DNA of 64,000 bases from Candidatus Helarchaeota archaeon (GTDB lineage Archaea > Asgardarchaeota > Lokiarchaeia > Helarchaeales > RDOG01): contig JAHPZH010000001.1 of the NCBI GenBank assembly GCA_019058315.1, positions 64,001 to 128,000 on the forward strand, read 5' to 3'. The notes below the pieces were generated by a model. The model made no database searches. It was not told the origin of the DNA and was given only the letters and a program-made list of their open reading frames with translations. The position numbers and the translations under genes were made by a program. Position 1 is the stretch's first letter. The number at the start of each line of letters is the position of its first letter. This document shows, one piece after another, positions 19,441 to 30,052 of the stretch.

Positions 19441-20547
19441 TTAACTTTTTTTCTCTTCTATTGCCTCTTTCTTTGCTTGATGTTTTCCGAGCTGATAAAT
19501 TGTGTATGCCAAAGTAGCCATTAAATATAAGGAAACACCATAAGGATGGTCCACACCAGGAATGAAATGGATAAATTTCATTAGAACAAAAATGGCGAAG
19601 ATTCCTGTTGCAAATAACATCAATAAAAAGCCAATACCGTCAATCAGATAATAATGTAATTGTGTTAACCCTGTGAATGTCCCGGCTATATCAAATATTG
19701 GCCATGCTAGTAATCGTATAAAAAACTTAGCAATATTTAATTTATTTAACTCCATGTATTTATCTTCCGGATGTTTTTTAAGTCTCCAAAGATGGAATAC
19801 TCCCCAACCTGCGAATAAAGGGATAAAAGCCATTACAAGTATATAAATATTCTTTCTAATAACATAATTAGTTTCCATCATATCTATTGTGCTTAGACCT
19901 GCAGATCCATTTACAGGAGTATAAAACCATCCAGTAAATAAAAGTCCACAAGTTACATCATGATACATTTTTCCCAATACATGTGATCCAGTTTCATTAA
20001 AAGCATAATAATTCCAAGAAAATTCAGGTCCTGCGAATTCATGGTAATATACCTCTACTAGACCGAGACCTATAAAGTCTCCCTCTAAACCAGTATAGTC
20101 TGGAGAAAAAATCATGCCTCCTAATTCATCACCAAGCATCATTTGAACTGTAGATCGTGCAGAAGGTGGGTCAAAATAAAATATTAATGGTGGTTTTATT
20201 TCTTCATTCTCAAGATCAAGTATTACTCCAGTATCTGTTGAAACGGTATATATTGTAATATTTGTATAACCTGTAACAACTGCCGCTATACCTATTGGTC
20301 CTGCCCCTGCTGTGTAAATTTCAACTATTGTTAAAGAAAAATCATTTCCATTTAATTGTGCCGCAAGTGGACCGGTCACAAGATATTTTGCAGTATAAGG
20401 GTTTTCATAGAAATCATCATATACTAAATATTCTCCTGCCAAAGATGCAATCGCTACACCAGCTACAACACAAATCATGCCGATTGCCAGTATTAGTAAA
20501 TCTTGTCTCAATGTTTTGTTATTATGGATAGTTTTTAATGTTTCCAT
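19441..20547 (-). CDS. Hypothetical membrane protein (N-terminal anchor, extracellular domain, several C-terminal TM helices)
   Basis: Long ORF with hydrophobic segments; start moved to METLKT. Confidence 0.65.
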   Translation of the reverse strand: METLKTIHNNKTLRQDLLILAIGMICVVAGVAIASLAGEYLVYDDFYENPYTAKYLVTGPLAAQLNGNDFSLTIVEIYTAGAGPIGIAAVVTGYTNITIYTVSTDTGVILDLENEEIKPPLIFYFDPPSARSTVQMMLGDELGGMIFSPDYTGLEGDFIGLGLVEVYYHEFAGPEFSWNYYAFNETGSHVLGKMYHDVTCGLLFTGWFYTPVNGSAGLSTIDMMETNYVIRKNIYILVMAFIPLFAGWGVFHLWRLKKHPEDKYMELNKLNIAKFFIRLLAWPIFDIAGTFTGLTQLHYYLIDGIGFLLMLFATGIFAIFVLMKFIHFIPGVDHPYGVSLYLMATLAYTIYQLGKHQAKKEAIEEKKS

Positions 20548-20651
20548 AATAAATACCCCATAAAAATACCTTTGAAAAAATTTTTTCAAATTATATAAAT
20601 TGTAATTCATTCTGTTTAAAAATTAATAGTTATTACTTGGAGGAATCAACA

Positions 20652-20959
20652 ATAAAAGTTAAAGAATTAGGTGTAGCGTATTATGGAAATGTCTATCTAG
20701 ACCACGCACGCCAAGATTTTAAAGAAATGCAAGAGCATGGGTGCAATTGTGGTTATTAGCCTTTTTAATTCCTGCGAATAGAGAGGACGAATTGAAAGAA
20801 GCAACTAAAATTATGGCCAAGACTAATGTTGATAGTATTTTTGCATGGTGTTATAGAGGTGGGCTTGGAACCTTAATAAAATCAGATAATCCAGAATTAG
20901 TTTGGAAGATAGTTGGAGAGGTTTTTAATAAGATAAAAGAAAATGTTAATAAATTTTAA
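20652..20959 (+). pseudogene. Internally deleted, frameshifted remnant of a TIM-barrel glycoside-hydrolase-like gene
   Basis: After a GGAGG site, one frame reads IKVKELGVAYYGNVYLDHARQDFKEMQEHGCN (N-terminus-like), then stops; another frame continues QLWLLAFLIPANREDEL...DSIFAWCYRG (C-terminus-like). Confidence 0.55.
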
Positions 20960-20984
20960 AATAAAAAAATAAAGAAATTAAGTT

Positions 20985-23900
20985 TTAATCTGATTTATCA
21001 GTTTTATCTTTCAATGGAAGGTGTGAATTAGGTCCTTTTTTACTCATCTTACCTTTAGGCTCTTTTTTAATCTTCTTGGTTTCACTTTTTGTTCCTCTTT
21101 TAGTTATCATTATTCCCGCAATTAGAGAAGCTGCAGCTACAACCCCTAATATTACCAAACCAATTGGCGACATTAATGATTTTAAAATATTATCGTCTGT
21201 TGATGTCCCCGGTAAAGGCAAAATAAACTCTTCTGGTCCAGGTTCTGGTGCAATAACTACATATTGATAAGGTCCCGCGGTATAATCGTTATCGTATGTA
21301 TCATTAACCCAGATCGAGTAAGCTATTCGTGTCCCAATAGGAGAAACCGGAATAGTAAAGTTCCAATAACCATCTAGAATAGTCCCCGATAGTAGATCCA
21401 TTGTATAATAAGTCGGGGTTCCAGTGTGATTTGAATTAATTAAAACCGTATCTACTCCCAGATTATCAGTAATATGAACAGTGATATTAACTACTTCTAG
21501 CTGATTAGGAGTAGTTGGGTCTCTTGAAACTGATATTATATTGGGATCTTCAGAGTCGCTGACTGTATATTGGTATGGTCCATCAGAGTCTTGATTATTA
21601 GTTGTATCATTTACCCAGATCGAATAAGTTATTGTAATTCCTGCGGAATAAACCGGTATAGTAAAGTTCCAATAACCATCTAGAATAGTCCCCGATAGTA
21701 GATTCAATGTATAATTGGTTTGTGTTCCAGTATGATTTGAATTAAATAAAACCGTATCTACACCTAGATTATCAGTAATGTGAACAGTGATATTAACTGT
21801 ATCTAGCTGATTAGGACTGGTGGGATCTCTTGAAACCAGAAGTATATTGGGATCTTCGGAATCACTAATTGTATATTGGTATGGTCCATCGGTGTCTTGG
21901 TTGTTAGTTGTATCATTTACCCAGATCGAATAATTTATTGTAATTCCTGCAGGATAAGCTGGTATAGTATAGTTCCAATAACCATCTTGAGCCGTCCCTG
22001 AGAGTGGGTCCATGGTATAATTTGTTTGCGTTCCATTATGATTTGAATTAATTAAAACCGTATCTACACCTAGATTATCAGTAATGTGGACAGTGATATT
22101 AACTGTATCTAGCTGATTAGGGCTGGTGGGATCTCTTGAAACTAGAAGTATATTGGGATCTTCAGAATCACTAATTGTATATTGGTATAATCCATCGGTG
22201 TCTTGGTTGTTAGTTGTATCATTAACCCAAATCGAATAATTTATTGTAATCCCTGCAGGGTAAGCTGGTATAGTATAATTCCAATAACCATCTTGAGCAG
22301 TCCCTGAAAGTGGGTCCATGGTATAATTTGTTGGCGTTCCAGTATAATTTGTATTAATTAAAACCGTATCTACTGCCATGTTATCAGTAATATGTACGGT
22401 AATATTTACTATATCCGACTGATTAGGGGTAATAGGATCTCGTGAAACTAAAATTATATTTGGATCTTCCGCATCACTAATTATATATTGATATGGTCCA
22501 TCAGTTGCATTATTATTGCTAGTATCATTGACCCAGATCGAGTACATTATTGTGGTTCCAGCGGGATAAGATGGAATAGTATAGTTCCAATAACCATCTC
22601 GAGTAGTACCAGATAGGTGATCCATTGTATAATTAATTGGTGTTCCAGTATGATTTGAATTAATTAAAACGATATCTACTCCTCTGTTCTCAGTAATATG
22701 CACAGTTACACTTACTGTATCCAAATTACTAGGGTTAGTTGGATTCCTTGAAGTTAGTATTATATTTGGATCTATCTTATCAATAGGCCACTCAAAGCAA
22801 GAATACATTATTTCTGCATCTATTCCCCATTCACCGTCCGTATTATCATACCATACTACTGATATGTTTCCTTTATTGTCTGTAGCTATTTGAGGATTGA
22901 GGCTACCACCATCATTCCAAAGTGTATAATCTTCTGAAACTACTGACACATTAGACCAACCAGACGTAGAGGTATAATTTATATAAAAAATTTCATCATC
23001 AATTCCCCATTCACCATCTGTCATATCATACCAAACTACGTATAAAGTTCCACTATTATCCGCTGCTATGTCAGGTGCTAAACTCAAATCAGTATTCCAA
23101 TGTGTATAATCATCTGAAACTACCGTTGCATTAGACCATCCAGAGGAGGTATAATTTGTATACATTACTTCTCTATCAGTTCCCCATTCACCATTTGTCG
23201 AATCTTCCCAAACAACATGAATACTACCATTAATATCCGTATCGATACTGGGATATTCGCTACCACCAGTATTCCACCCGAATAAATCTGAAATCGCAGT
23301 AACATTCGACCAACCTGCTCCTGTATTATTTACATACAAAATTTCATTATCAGAACCCCATTCACCATTTGTTTGATCCCACCAAACAACATGTTGGTAT
23401 CCATTATTATCAACAGCAATTTGAGGGTTATTACTTCCACCATCATTCCATCCAGTATAATCGTCTGAAATTACAGTTGCATTAGACCAACCTGAAGCAG
23501 TATAATTTACATACATTACTTCCAAATCCGTCCCCCATTCACCAGCCGTAAGATCCTGCCAGACCACATGAATAGTCCCAGTATTTTCATCTATAGCGAT
23601 GCTTGGAGCACCACTAACACCATCATTCCATCCGTAAATATCTGAAATAACAGTTACATTAGACCAGCCAGCCCCTGTATTATTAACATACATTACTTCA
23701 TAATCAGTACCCCATTCCCCATCTGTCCCATCCCACCAGACAACGTGTAAATTTCCATTGTTGTCTATTGCGATGCTTGGATCACTACTAGGACCATCAT
23801 TCCAGTTAGTGTAATCGTCTGAAATTACAGTTGCATTGGACCAGCCAGTAGCAGTTAAATTTGCATACATTATTTCTCTGTCAGTTCCCCATTCGCCATT

Positions 23901-25436
23901 TGTATCATCATGCCAGACTACATGTACTACTCCATTATTATCCATAGCTATATCAGGATTATAACTATGATCATCATTCCATCCCATATAAAATGGATGA
24001 TCTGAAACTGCGGTTACATTCGACCAACCTGATCCTTTGTAAACATGTAATATATCTGTATCGGTTACTCCACCTCCCCATATACCGGCTGTATTATCAT
24101 CCCAGACAACATGAACATTTCCAGTATTATTGTCTATTGTTATACTTGGATTATTACTAGAACCATCATTCCATCCAGTCTGATTATCAGAAATTACTGT
24201 TGCATTAGACCATCCTGAAGCTGTATAATTTGTATACATTATCTCCTGATCAGTTCCCCATTCACCATCTGTATCATCTGCCCATACCACATGTAAAATG
24301 TCATTATTATCTATTGCAATATCACCAGCAACACTGGCTCCGTCATTCCATCCTGTTATATCATCCGAAATCACTGTAGCATTAGACCAACCTGATACGG
24401 TAAAGTTAACATAAAATATTTCCCAATCTGCTATTGTCTGGTCTTCCCAAATCACATGTATCACAGAATTATTATCAGTTACAATCTTGGGATATAAACT
24501 TTCTAAATCATTCCATCCATATACATCTGAAATTACTATAGTATTGGATACACCAGATGCAGAATAATTTGCATACATGATCTCAGGATCTGATAAACCT
24601 CCACCCCAAGCTCCTGTCGTCCAATCATGCCAAACCACATGCACTATTCCATTTTTATCAACAGCGATATCAGGATATTCACTATGACCATCATTCCAAT
24701 TTGTAATATCATCTGAGATTAAAGTTACATTAGTCCAACCAGTTCCTGTATTATTAACATACATTATTTCTTCATCAGTTCCCCATTCACCATCTGTATC
24801 TTCGGTCCAGACTACATGTATATTTCCATTAGTATCAGTTGCAATACTAGGTGCATAACTACCACCATTATTCCATCCAGTAATATCATCTGATATTACT
24901 GTTGCGTTAGACCAACCAGAAGCCGTATAGTTAGCATACATGATTTCTCTATCAGTTCCCCATTCCCCATTTGTGTCATCATCCCAAACTACATGGATAT
25001 TTCCATCATTATCTGTAGCTATTCGAGGATTAACACTCCAACCATCGTTCCAACCGAAAAGATCCGAAATTACTGTTATATTGGACCAGCCAGAAGATGT
25101 AAAGTTTGCATACATTATTTCTCTGTCAGTTCCCCATTCGCCATCTGTATCATCAGTCCAAACTACGTGAATATTTCCATCTTTATCAACAACTATATCA
25201 GAGTCCCAACTAAGATCCCTGTTCCAGTACATGGTCCTTTTAGTGTCTGTGATAACTGTAGCATTTGACCAATTAGAATCATTCAAATTCATAGTATTTA
25301 AATTAAAACCATTGTTGTTAACTATTGGAAACGGTACATTTATAGTAAGTCTATGTGGAATTGTACTTAATATTGTAAGTAACAGAAATTGAGATAAAAT
25401 TAGACTTAAGATCAATCTTTTTTTGGTTTTTTTAAT
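20985..25436 (-). CDS. Large secreted, membrane-anchored surface glycoprotein: 14 beta-propeller blades, five Ig-like repeats, C-terminal TM
   Basis: 14 copies of WSN.TVISD..WNDG.S..P.IA.D..G..HVVW.D.T.GEWGTD.EIMY; five 102-aa repeats; dense NxS/T sequons; TM then Lys-rich tail. Start extended from TTG 25415 to ATT 25436 to restore the basic n-region (IKKTKKR). Confidence 0.9.
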   Translation of the reverse strand: MKKTKKRLILSLILSQFLLLTILSTIPHRLTINVPFPIVNNNGFNLNTMNLNDSNWSNATVITDTKRTMYWNRDLSWDSDIVVDKDGNIHVVWTDDTDGEWGTDREIMYANFTSSGWSNITVISDLFGWNDGWSVNPRIATDNDGNIHVVWDDDTNGEWGTDREIMYANYTASGWSNATVISDDITGWNNGGSYAPSIATDTNGNIHVVWTEDTDGEWGTDEEIMYVNNTGTGWTNVTLISDDITNWNDGHSEYPDIAVDKNGIVHVVWHDWTTGAWGGGLSDPEIMYANYSASGVSNTIVISDVYGWNDLESLYPKIVTDNNSVIHVIWEDQTIADWEIFYVNFTVSGWSNATVISDDITGWNDGASVAGDIAIDNNDILHVVWADDTDGEWGTDQEIMYTNYTASGWSNATVISDNQTGWNDGSSNNPSITIDNNTGNVHVVWDDNTAGIWGGGVTDTDILHVYKGSGWSNVTAVSDHPFYMGWNDDHSYNPDIAMDNNGVVHVVWHDDTNGEWGTDREIMYANLTATGWSNATVISDDYTNWNDGPSSDPSIAIDNNGNLHVVWWDGTDGEWGTDYEVMYVNNTGAGWSNVTVISDIYGWNDGVSGAPSIAIDENTGTIHVVWQDLTAGEWGTDLEVMYVNYTASGWSNATVISDDYTGWNDGGSNNPQIAVDNNGYQHVVWWDQTNGEWGSDNEILYVNNTGAGWSNVTAISDLFGWNTGGSEYPSIDTDINGSIHVVWEDSTNGEWGTDREVMYTNYTSSGWSNATVVSDDYTHWNTDLSLAPDIAADNSGTLYVVWYDMTDGEWGIDDEIFYINYTSTSGWSNVSVVSEDYTLWNDGGSLNPQIATDNKGNISVVWYDNTDGEWGIDAEIMYSCFEWPIDKIDPNIILTSRNPTNPSNLDTVSVTVHITENRGVDIVLINSNHTGTPINYTMDHLSGTTRDGYWNYTIPSYPAGTTIMYSIWVNDTSNNNATDGPYQYIISDAEDPNIILVSRDPITPNQSDIVNITVHITDNMAVDTVLINTNYTGTPTNYTMDPLSGTAQDGYWNYTIPAYPAGITINYSIWVNDTTNNQDTDGLYQYTISDSEDPNILLVSRDPTSPNQLDTVNITVHITDNLGVDTVLINSNHNGTQTNYTMDPLSGTAQDGYWNYTIPAYPAGITINYSIWVNDTTNNQDTDGPYQYTISDSEDPNILLVSRDPTSPNQLDTVNITVHITDNLGVDTVLFNSNHTGTQTNYTLNLLSGTILDGYWNFTIPVYSAGITITYSIWVNDTTNNQDSDGPYQYTVSDSEDPNIISVSRDPTTPNQLEVVNITVHITDNLGVDTVLINSNHTGTPTYYTMDLLSGTILDGYWNFTIPVSPIGTRIAYSIWVNDTYDNDYTAGPYQYVVIAPEPGPEEFILPLPGTSTDDNILKSLMSPIGLVILGVVAAASLIAGIMITKRGTKSETKKIKKEPKGKMSKKGPNSHLPLKDKTDKSD
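21255..22772 (-). repeat. Five tandem 306-bp intragenic repeats (Ig-like domains)
   Basis: DPNI codons recur at 22772, 22466, 22160, 21854 and 21548 (306-bp spacing); units 3 and 4 are nearly identical in DNA. Confidence 0.9.
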
Positions 25437-26017
25437 CTTAAAAATCTCCTAATATGTCTATATGTCTAAAAATCCGTTGATTTTGGATATAAAATAATAG
25501 AATTTTTTAATAACTTAGTTTTTAAATTTTATAATATCCTAGAAAAAGTTAAAATATTTAAAGGTATTCATCTATTATCCTCACTCTTGTAATCTATAAG
25601 GTTGATAAGCTCATTTTTACATTAAATAAGGTTGTTAAGTAATTAACTTACCACAATAAGAATTTTCAATCATAATAATTAATGGTTTAAAATGAATTGA
25701 TAGGATATAAAAACAGGTTATAGATTTCAAGTAATTTGTAGAGAAAAAAATAAATTATAAAAATTGGGTTCTAATGTCATTTATCGGATCTATCTGTCCA
25801 TGGGAAAGTTGATTGAGGTCCTTCCTTGCTTATCTCGTCTTTATGCTAGCCGTCTTGATTAGTCCCTGTGAGTAAAGTCATTTTCATTGAATATTAACCT
25901 TAAGAATTGGTTAATTTATTTTCAAATCGGATATTTTGAAGAAAAAATTATTAAAAAAACATTTATTTTAAGACAAATTACGTATATTATCACTGATAAA
26001 ATTGAGAGATTATTGGA

Positions 26018-27382
26018 TTGGAATCAAATTGGAAATATTTTAGAACTGTTTTTTTCTTAATTATTGTAAGTTGGTCAATTACTGCACTATTGGGACCAAT
26101 GGTTAGGGAAATTGCTGTTGATCTACGTGTGGAAAGCGAGGCACAAATCGGTTTTATAACTTCAATCTTCCTTATTATTGCTAGTTTATTATCTTTCGTA
26201 TGGGCTTTCCTAGAAGATCGATACTCAAGAAAATCTCTATTAATTTCTGCTGGTTCGTTGAATTTTATTGCAATATTATTAATTAGTTTAACAAATACAT
26301 ATTTTGATTTATTTTTATTTCATGTGGTTGCAGCCATAGGGTATGCCGCAATCTTTCCAATCGGATGTAGCATGACTATGGATTATATCATTCCAGAGGA
26401 GCGTGCTAAAGCATTTTCGCTTCTTAGTATAGCAAGAACTATAGGAATTGGGTTATCTTATATTTTATCAGGAATATTAGTGGATGTAAGTTGGAAGCTA
26501 CCCTTCCTAATTATTTCAATTTTAGGTTTTGTAAATATTATTTTTCTCTTTAAAATAAAGGATCCGAAAAAGGGGAGTAGAGAAAAAGCATTATCCCATA
26601 TTCTATCAGAAAGACTGATATATAATTATCATATTAATAGAGAAGATATCAAGGTACTTGTTAAAAATAAAGCATCATTATTAATTTTTCTATTCAATTT
26701 CTTTCTAGTTTTAGCATCCGGAAGTATATATTATTATTTAATTACAATGCTAAAATCTGATCATAATTTTTCTTCCATCGCTGCTACTCTATTTGTGGTA
26801 GCGACTTATAGTGATGGAATGGTCGGGAACTTGCTTTGGGGGAAAAGAGCCGATAAAAAGTTTACTGAGAGACTCGAAGGAAAAGCGCATGTTTTATTAG
26901 AATCATTAATTTTAGGTCCACCTTTTCTAATTATTGCTTATTCATTAGTTTTTTCAGTTGATCAAATTGAATTGGTTATTATTTTCGCAATTATAATTGC
27001 TATTGGAGTATTTCTTGTATCAGGTTTAATTTCCATCTCGAATTCAATATTAGGAGATAACAATCCCCCAGAGTTAAGAGCAACAGCCTTTTCGATGAAT
27101 AATTTCTCACAAACTATTGGGCGAAGTATTGGAATCGTACTAATAGGTTTGTTCTTCAATATGTTCGGAGGAACTGTTTATTTGGGATTTGGAAATTTTG
27201 TCAATCTATTTGGAGAGGGTTATCGATGGGGTTTTATTATTATGAGTTTATTGTACTTTCTTGGTTTTATTTTTATTATTCCATTGAAGAAAATCTTACC
27301 AGATGAAATAAATAAATTAAATAATATATTAAAAGAACGAGCAAAAAAAATAGATAAAAAATCTAAATCAAATAACAAGTAA
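26018..27382 (+). CDS. Major facilitator superfamily transporter
   Basis: About 12 TM segments; motif A variant LEDRYSRK; PEERAKAFS and PPELRATAFS. Confidence 0.9.
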   Translation: MESNWKYFRTVFFLIIVSWSITALLGPMVREIAVDLRVESEAQIGFITSIFLIIASLLSFVWAFLEDRYSRKSLLISAGSLNFIAILLISLTNTYFDLFLFHVVAAIGYAAIFPIGCSMTMDYIIPEERAKAFSLLSIARTIGIGLSYILSGILVDVSWKLPFLIISILGFVNIIFLFKIKDPKKGSREKALSHILSERLIYNYHINREDIKVLVKNKASLLIFLFNFFLVLASGSIYYYLITMLKSDHNFSSIAATLFVVATYSDGMVGNLLWGKRADKKFTERLEGKAHVLLESLILGPPFLIIAYSLVFSVDQIELVIIFAIIIAIGVFLVSGLISISNSILGDNNPPELRATAFSMNNFSQTIGRSIGIVLIGLFFNMFGGTVYLGFGNFVNLFGEGYRWGFIIMSLLYFLGFIFIIPLKKILPDEINKLNNILKERAKKIDKKSKSNNK

Positions 27383-27592
27383 AATTCCCATTTTTCCTAT
27401 TCTTTAAAATAAATATTGAAATTTTTTCTTTAACTATTTTTAATGTCTTTAATTTATATTTAAATAACCAATTCCTTAAAAACAACCTTTAAATATTAGT
27501 TTATAGTAATTTAATAACGTTTGAAAAAAATCAAACGACATTTTTTTAATTAATAGTTGATGAAAAAATGGATAAAAAAAGAGGAAAAGCAA

Positions 27593-30022
27593 ATGAAAAT
27601 TAAAAATTATTTATTTTTTACTATTATTCTAATTTCTTGTGTAGCACTTTCAAGTACACTACTCGATTCCCAAGTAACAATTCCAATTGAGACTATTTCA
27701 ACGATTAAAAAGCAAAATAAATTATTGGATATAAATGCGATACTTGATAATATTACAGGAGAATGTAATGCAAGAATTTCTAATCTCTATCATTATGAGA
27801 ATACCACATTTTCCCAATTCAATAATACAGATAATTTTACTGTAACTTATCCAGCAAATGGATCTTATCCGACAATAGATTTTGGTAATTTGACTCTTTC
27901 AAAATTATCCTTATTAACTATAGCAATGACTGATACTTTTGTGGAGAAACCAGTAGCTAATAACAGTTCAAGGGCAAAAAATGGAACTGAATTTTATAAT
28001 GCATATCAACTTGCCCAAAATTTTTCTATTAATGAAACATCTCAAGTAAGCAATTTCCATTTATATGTAAAATATCGAAATCTTGGAGCAGTCCTTCCTG
28101 GTATAGCTGGAATTGTGTTTGCTAATATTTATAGAGAAGAAGATTTTAATGGAACTGATTTTGAAGGTGACCCAGTAAATACATATGAGTTATACGGAGG
28201 TCTAGCCGATGGTGGAGGGGCGTGGCTCGAAGGTTGGCTACCAATCGAATTCAACAGTCTATTAGTAAAAGGTAATTATTTTCTAGTAACCTATGTTCAA
28301 AGTTTGAGTATAATTCTTAGCCCTAATAATAACAGTTGGCAAATTCAAAATTATTCAATCCCCTTTCAAGATAAAGGAGTAAGTATGTTTCAAAATGGTA
28401 CTGGACATTGGAATAATATTTCGGAAGATGGGAATGCAGATTTTTTACTAACATTAGAAATTGCTCCATATATTGATCCGAGAAAATGGAATTTAACTTG
28501 TTATGTAGATAATCAAAAACTAGATCTTATTCATTATGAAGAGCCAAATCCCCGTTTTCTAAAATTTCCTTGGACAAGTTACGTCGATTATTATCTTCCT
28601 TCTATTCCAAACCAAGATATTAATGTGACTTTTACAACAAACCAAACTTTAGGTTGGGTAGTAGTTGGTGCTACATATAGATATATAAATTCTGTAGAAG
28701 CTAATGGAACTTTTATAGCTAATTTGAAAAGCCGTAAGTGGGTTATAAATTATACTTCAGTAAATTCGACTGCTGAAGTATTTCCAATATTTACTTTCCC
28801 CTCTGATTGGACAATCAACAAATTCTATAATAGATTTTATCAGGAAATTATAGAATATGGGATTATGTATTCGAGTATTTATAATGAAACACTTAATGGT
28901 CTTTATTATCCTGAAACAGGGGATGGGGAGACAACATTTAACTTTTCGGCAATATTTACTTCCCATAATTATGTAAGTAGTATTAACCCCCAGCTCCGTT
29001 CTGGAGTTAACTTTAAGAACCAATTCAATTTTAAAGAAGGAGATACAATAAGATTACAAGCTATAATACAAGATTCTATAGAAAATCCCGCCTCGGGTGG
29101 AAATTGCAGTTTTTATATATTTAATCCCTCAAATAATTCAATATATTTTGAAAATACAACTGCAATTAATGGTATAGCCAACTCGAATAATATATCAACT
29201 TCTGGTTGGGATATAGGCGATTATGTTATTGTAACTACATGGACAAATGGGTCTGAAATAGGCTTTAGCTCATTTACATTTTCACTACAAGAGGAAAAAG
29301 TACCTTTAATTCCACCCCTTTTCGCAACACCAGAACCTATATGGTTGTATATTATTACTACTGCTTTAGTTGTGTCAATGGTAATGGTGGGAGGTCTAAT
29401 AGTAAGACGTAAATTACAAGAGAGAAATTGGGAAAAATCTCTTCTACACTTATTCATAATGGCAAAGGATGGGAGATCGATGTATAATTATCCATTTGGG
29501 CTTGTAACTAAAGATCCAACTTTAATTTCTGGTATGCTAACCGCTATGACAAGTTTTGTGAAAGAAACTGTCGGAAGTAAAAAACAATTAAGAACAATTG
29601 ATCAACAAGATAAAAAAGTTATACTTGGGCATGGGGCTGTATCCACCGTAGCTGTGTTTGCTGAAAAGGATATATCTATTATCCATAATAAAACTGATGA
29701 GTTTCTAGAAGCATTTGAAAGAACGTATGGCTTCAAGATAGAACACTGGGATGGATCAACTGAGGTGTTTAAAGGAGTAAATAAATTAGTGGAGAAATAT
29801 TTTCCAGTTTCTGTTGAATCCAAAATTATCCAAGGCGTAAGTAGAGAGTTACTTGAATTGAAAGAACGTATAATGTCTACTAATGATCCTAATGAAATTC
29901 TTTCTTTACTACAAGAATTCGCAAGCTTAGCTGAAAGATACCAAGATGTCATAAGAGAACATTTTAATAAAGAATATGGAGAAATTTTAAAAATTGCTAA
30001 TAAAAAAATTCAAAATCAGTAA
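27593..30022 (+). CDS. Single-pass membrane protein: glycosylated ectodomain, TM, cytoplasmic longin/roadblock-like domain
   Basis: Signal peptide MKIKNYLFF..., many NxS/T sequons, TM WLYIITTALVVSMVMVGGLIV, then LLHLFIMAKDGRSMY...DPTLISGMLTAMTSFVKE...WDG. Confidence 0.8.
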   Translation: MKIKNYLFFTIILISCVALSSTLLDSQVTIPIETISTIKKQNKLLDINAILDNITGECNARISNLYHYENTTFSQFNNTDNFTVTYPANGSYPTIDFGNLTLSKLSLLTIAMTDTFVEKPVANNSSRAKNGTEFYNAYQLAQNFSINETSQVSNFHLYVKYRNLGAVLPGIAGIVFANIYREEDFNGTDFEGDPVNTYELYGGLADGGGAWLEGWLPIEFNSLLVKGNYFLVTYVQSLSIILSPNNNSWQIQNYSIPFQDKGVSMFQNGTGHWNNISEDGNADFLLTLEIAPYIDPRKWNLTCYVDNQKLDLIHYEEPNPRFLKFPWTSYVDYYLPSIPNQDINVTFTTNQTLGWVVVGATYRYINSVEANGTFIANLKSRKWVINYTSVNSTAEVFPIFTFPSDWTINKFYNRFYQEIIEYGIMYSSIYNETLNGLYYPETGDGETTFNFSAIFTSHNYVSSINPQLRSGVNFKNQFNFKEGDTIRLQAIIQDSIENPASGGNCSFYIFNPSNNSIYFENTTAINGIANSNNISTSGWDIGDYVIVTTWTNGSEIGFSSFTFSLQEEKVPLIPPLFATPEPIWLYIITTALVVSMVMVGGLIVRRKLQERNWEKSLLHLFIMAKDGRSMYNYPFGLVTKDPTLISGMLTAMTSFVKETVGSKKQLRTIDQQDKKVILGHGAVSTVAVFAEKDISIIHNKTDEFLEAFERTYGFKIEHWDGSTEVFKGVNKLVEKYFPVSVESKIIQGVSRELLELKERIMSTNDPNEILSLLQEFASLAERYQDVIREHFNKEYGEILKIANKKIQNQ

Positions 30023-30052
30023 TGTTCCATATTTCTTTATGGGGTAAAAATT

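Noticed and set aside
21255-25272. CRISPR array or non-coding tandem repeats
   Set aside because: Repeats are in-frame, vary mostly at codon third positions and lie inside one long ORF; there are no unique spacers or cas genes
25846-25888. Short minus-strand frame MKMTLLTGTNQDG resembling a Rossmann-fold start
   Set aside because: It stops after 13 codons and the similarity is too weak to call a pseudogene
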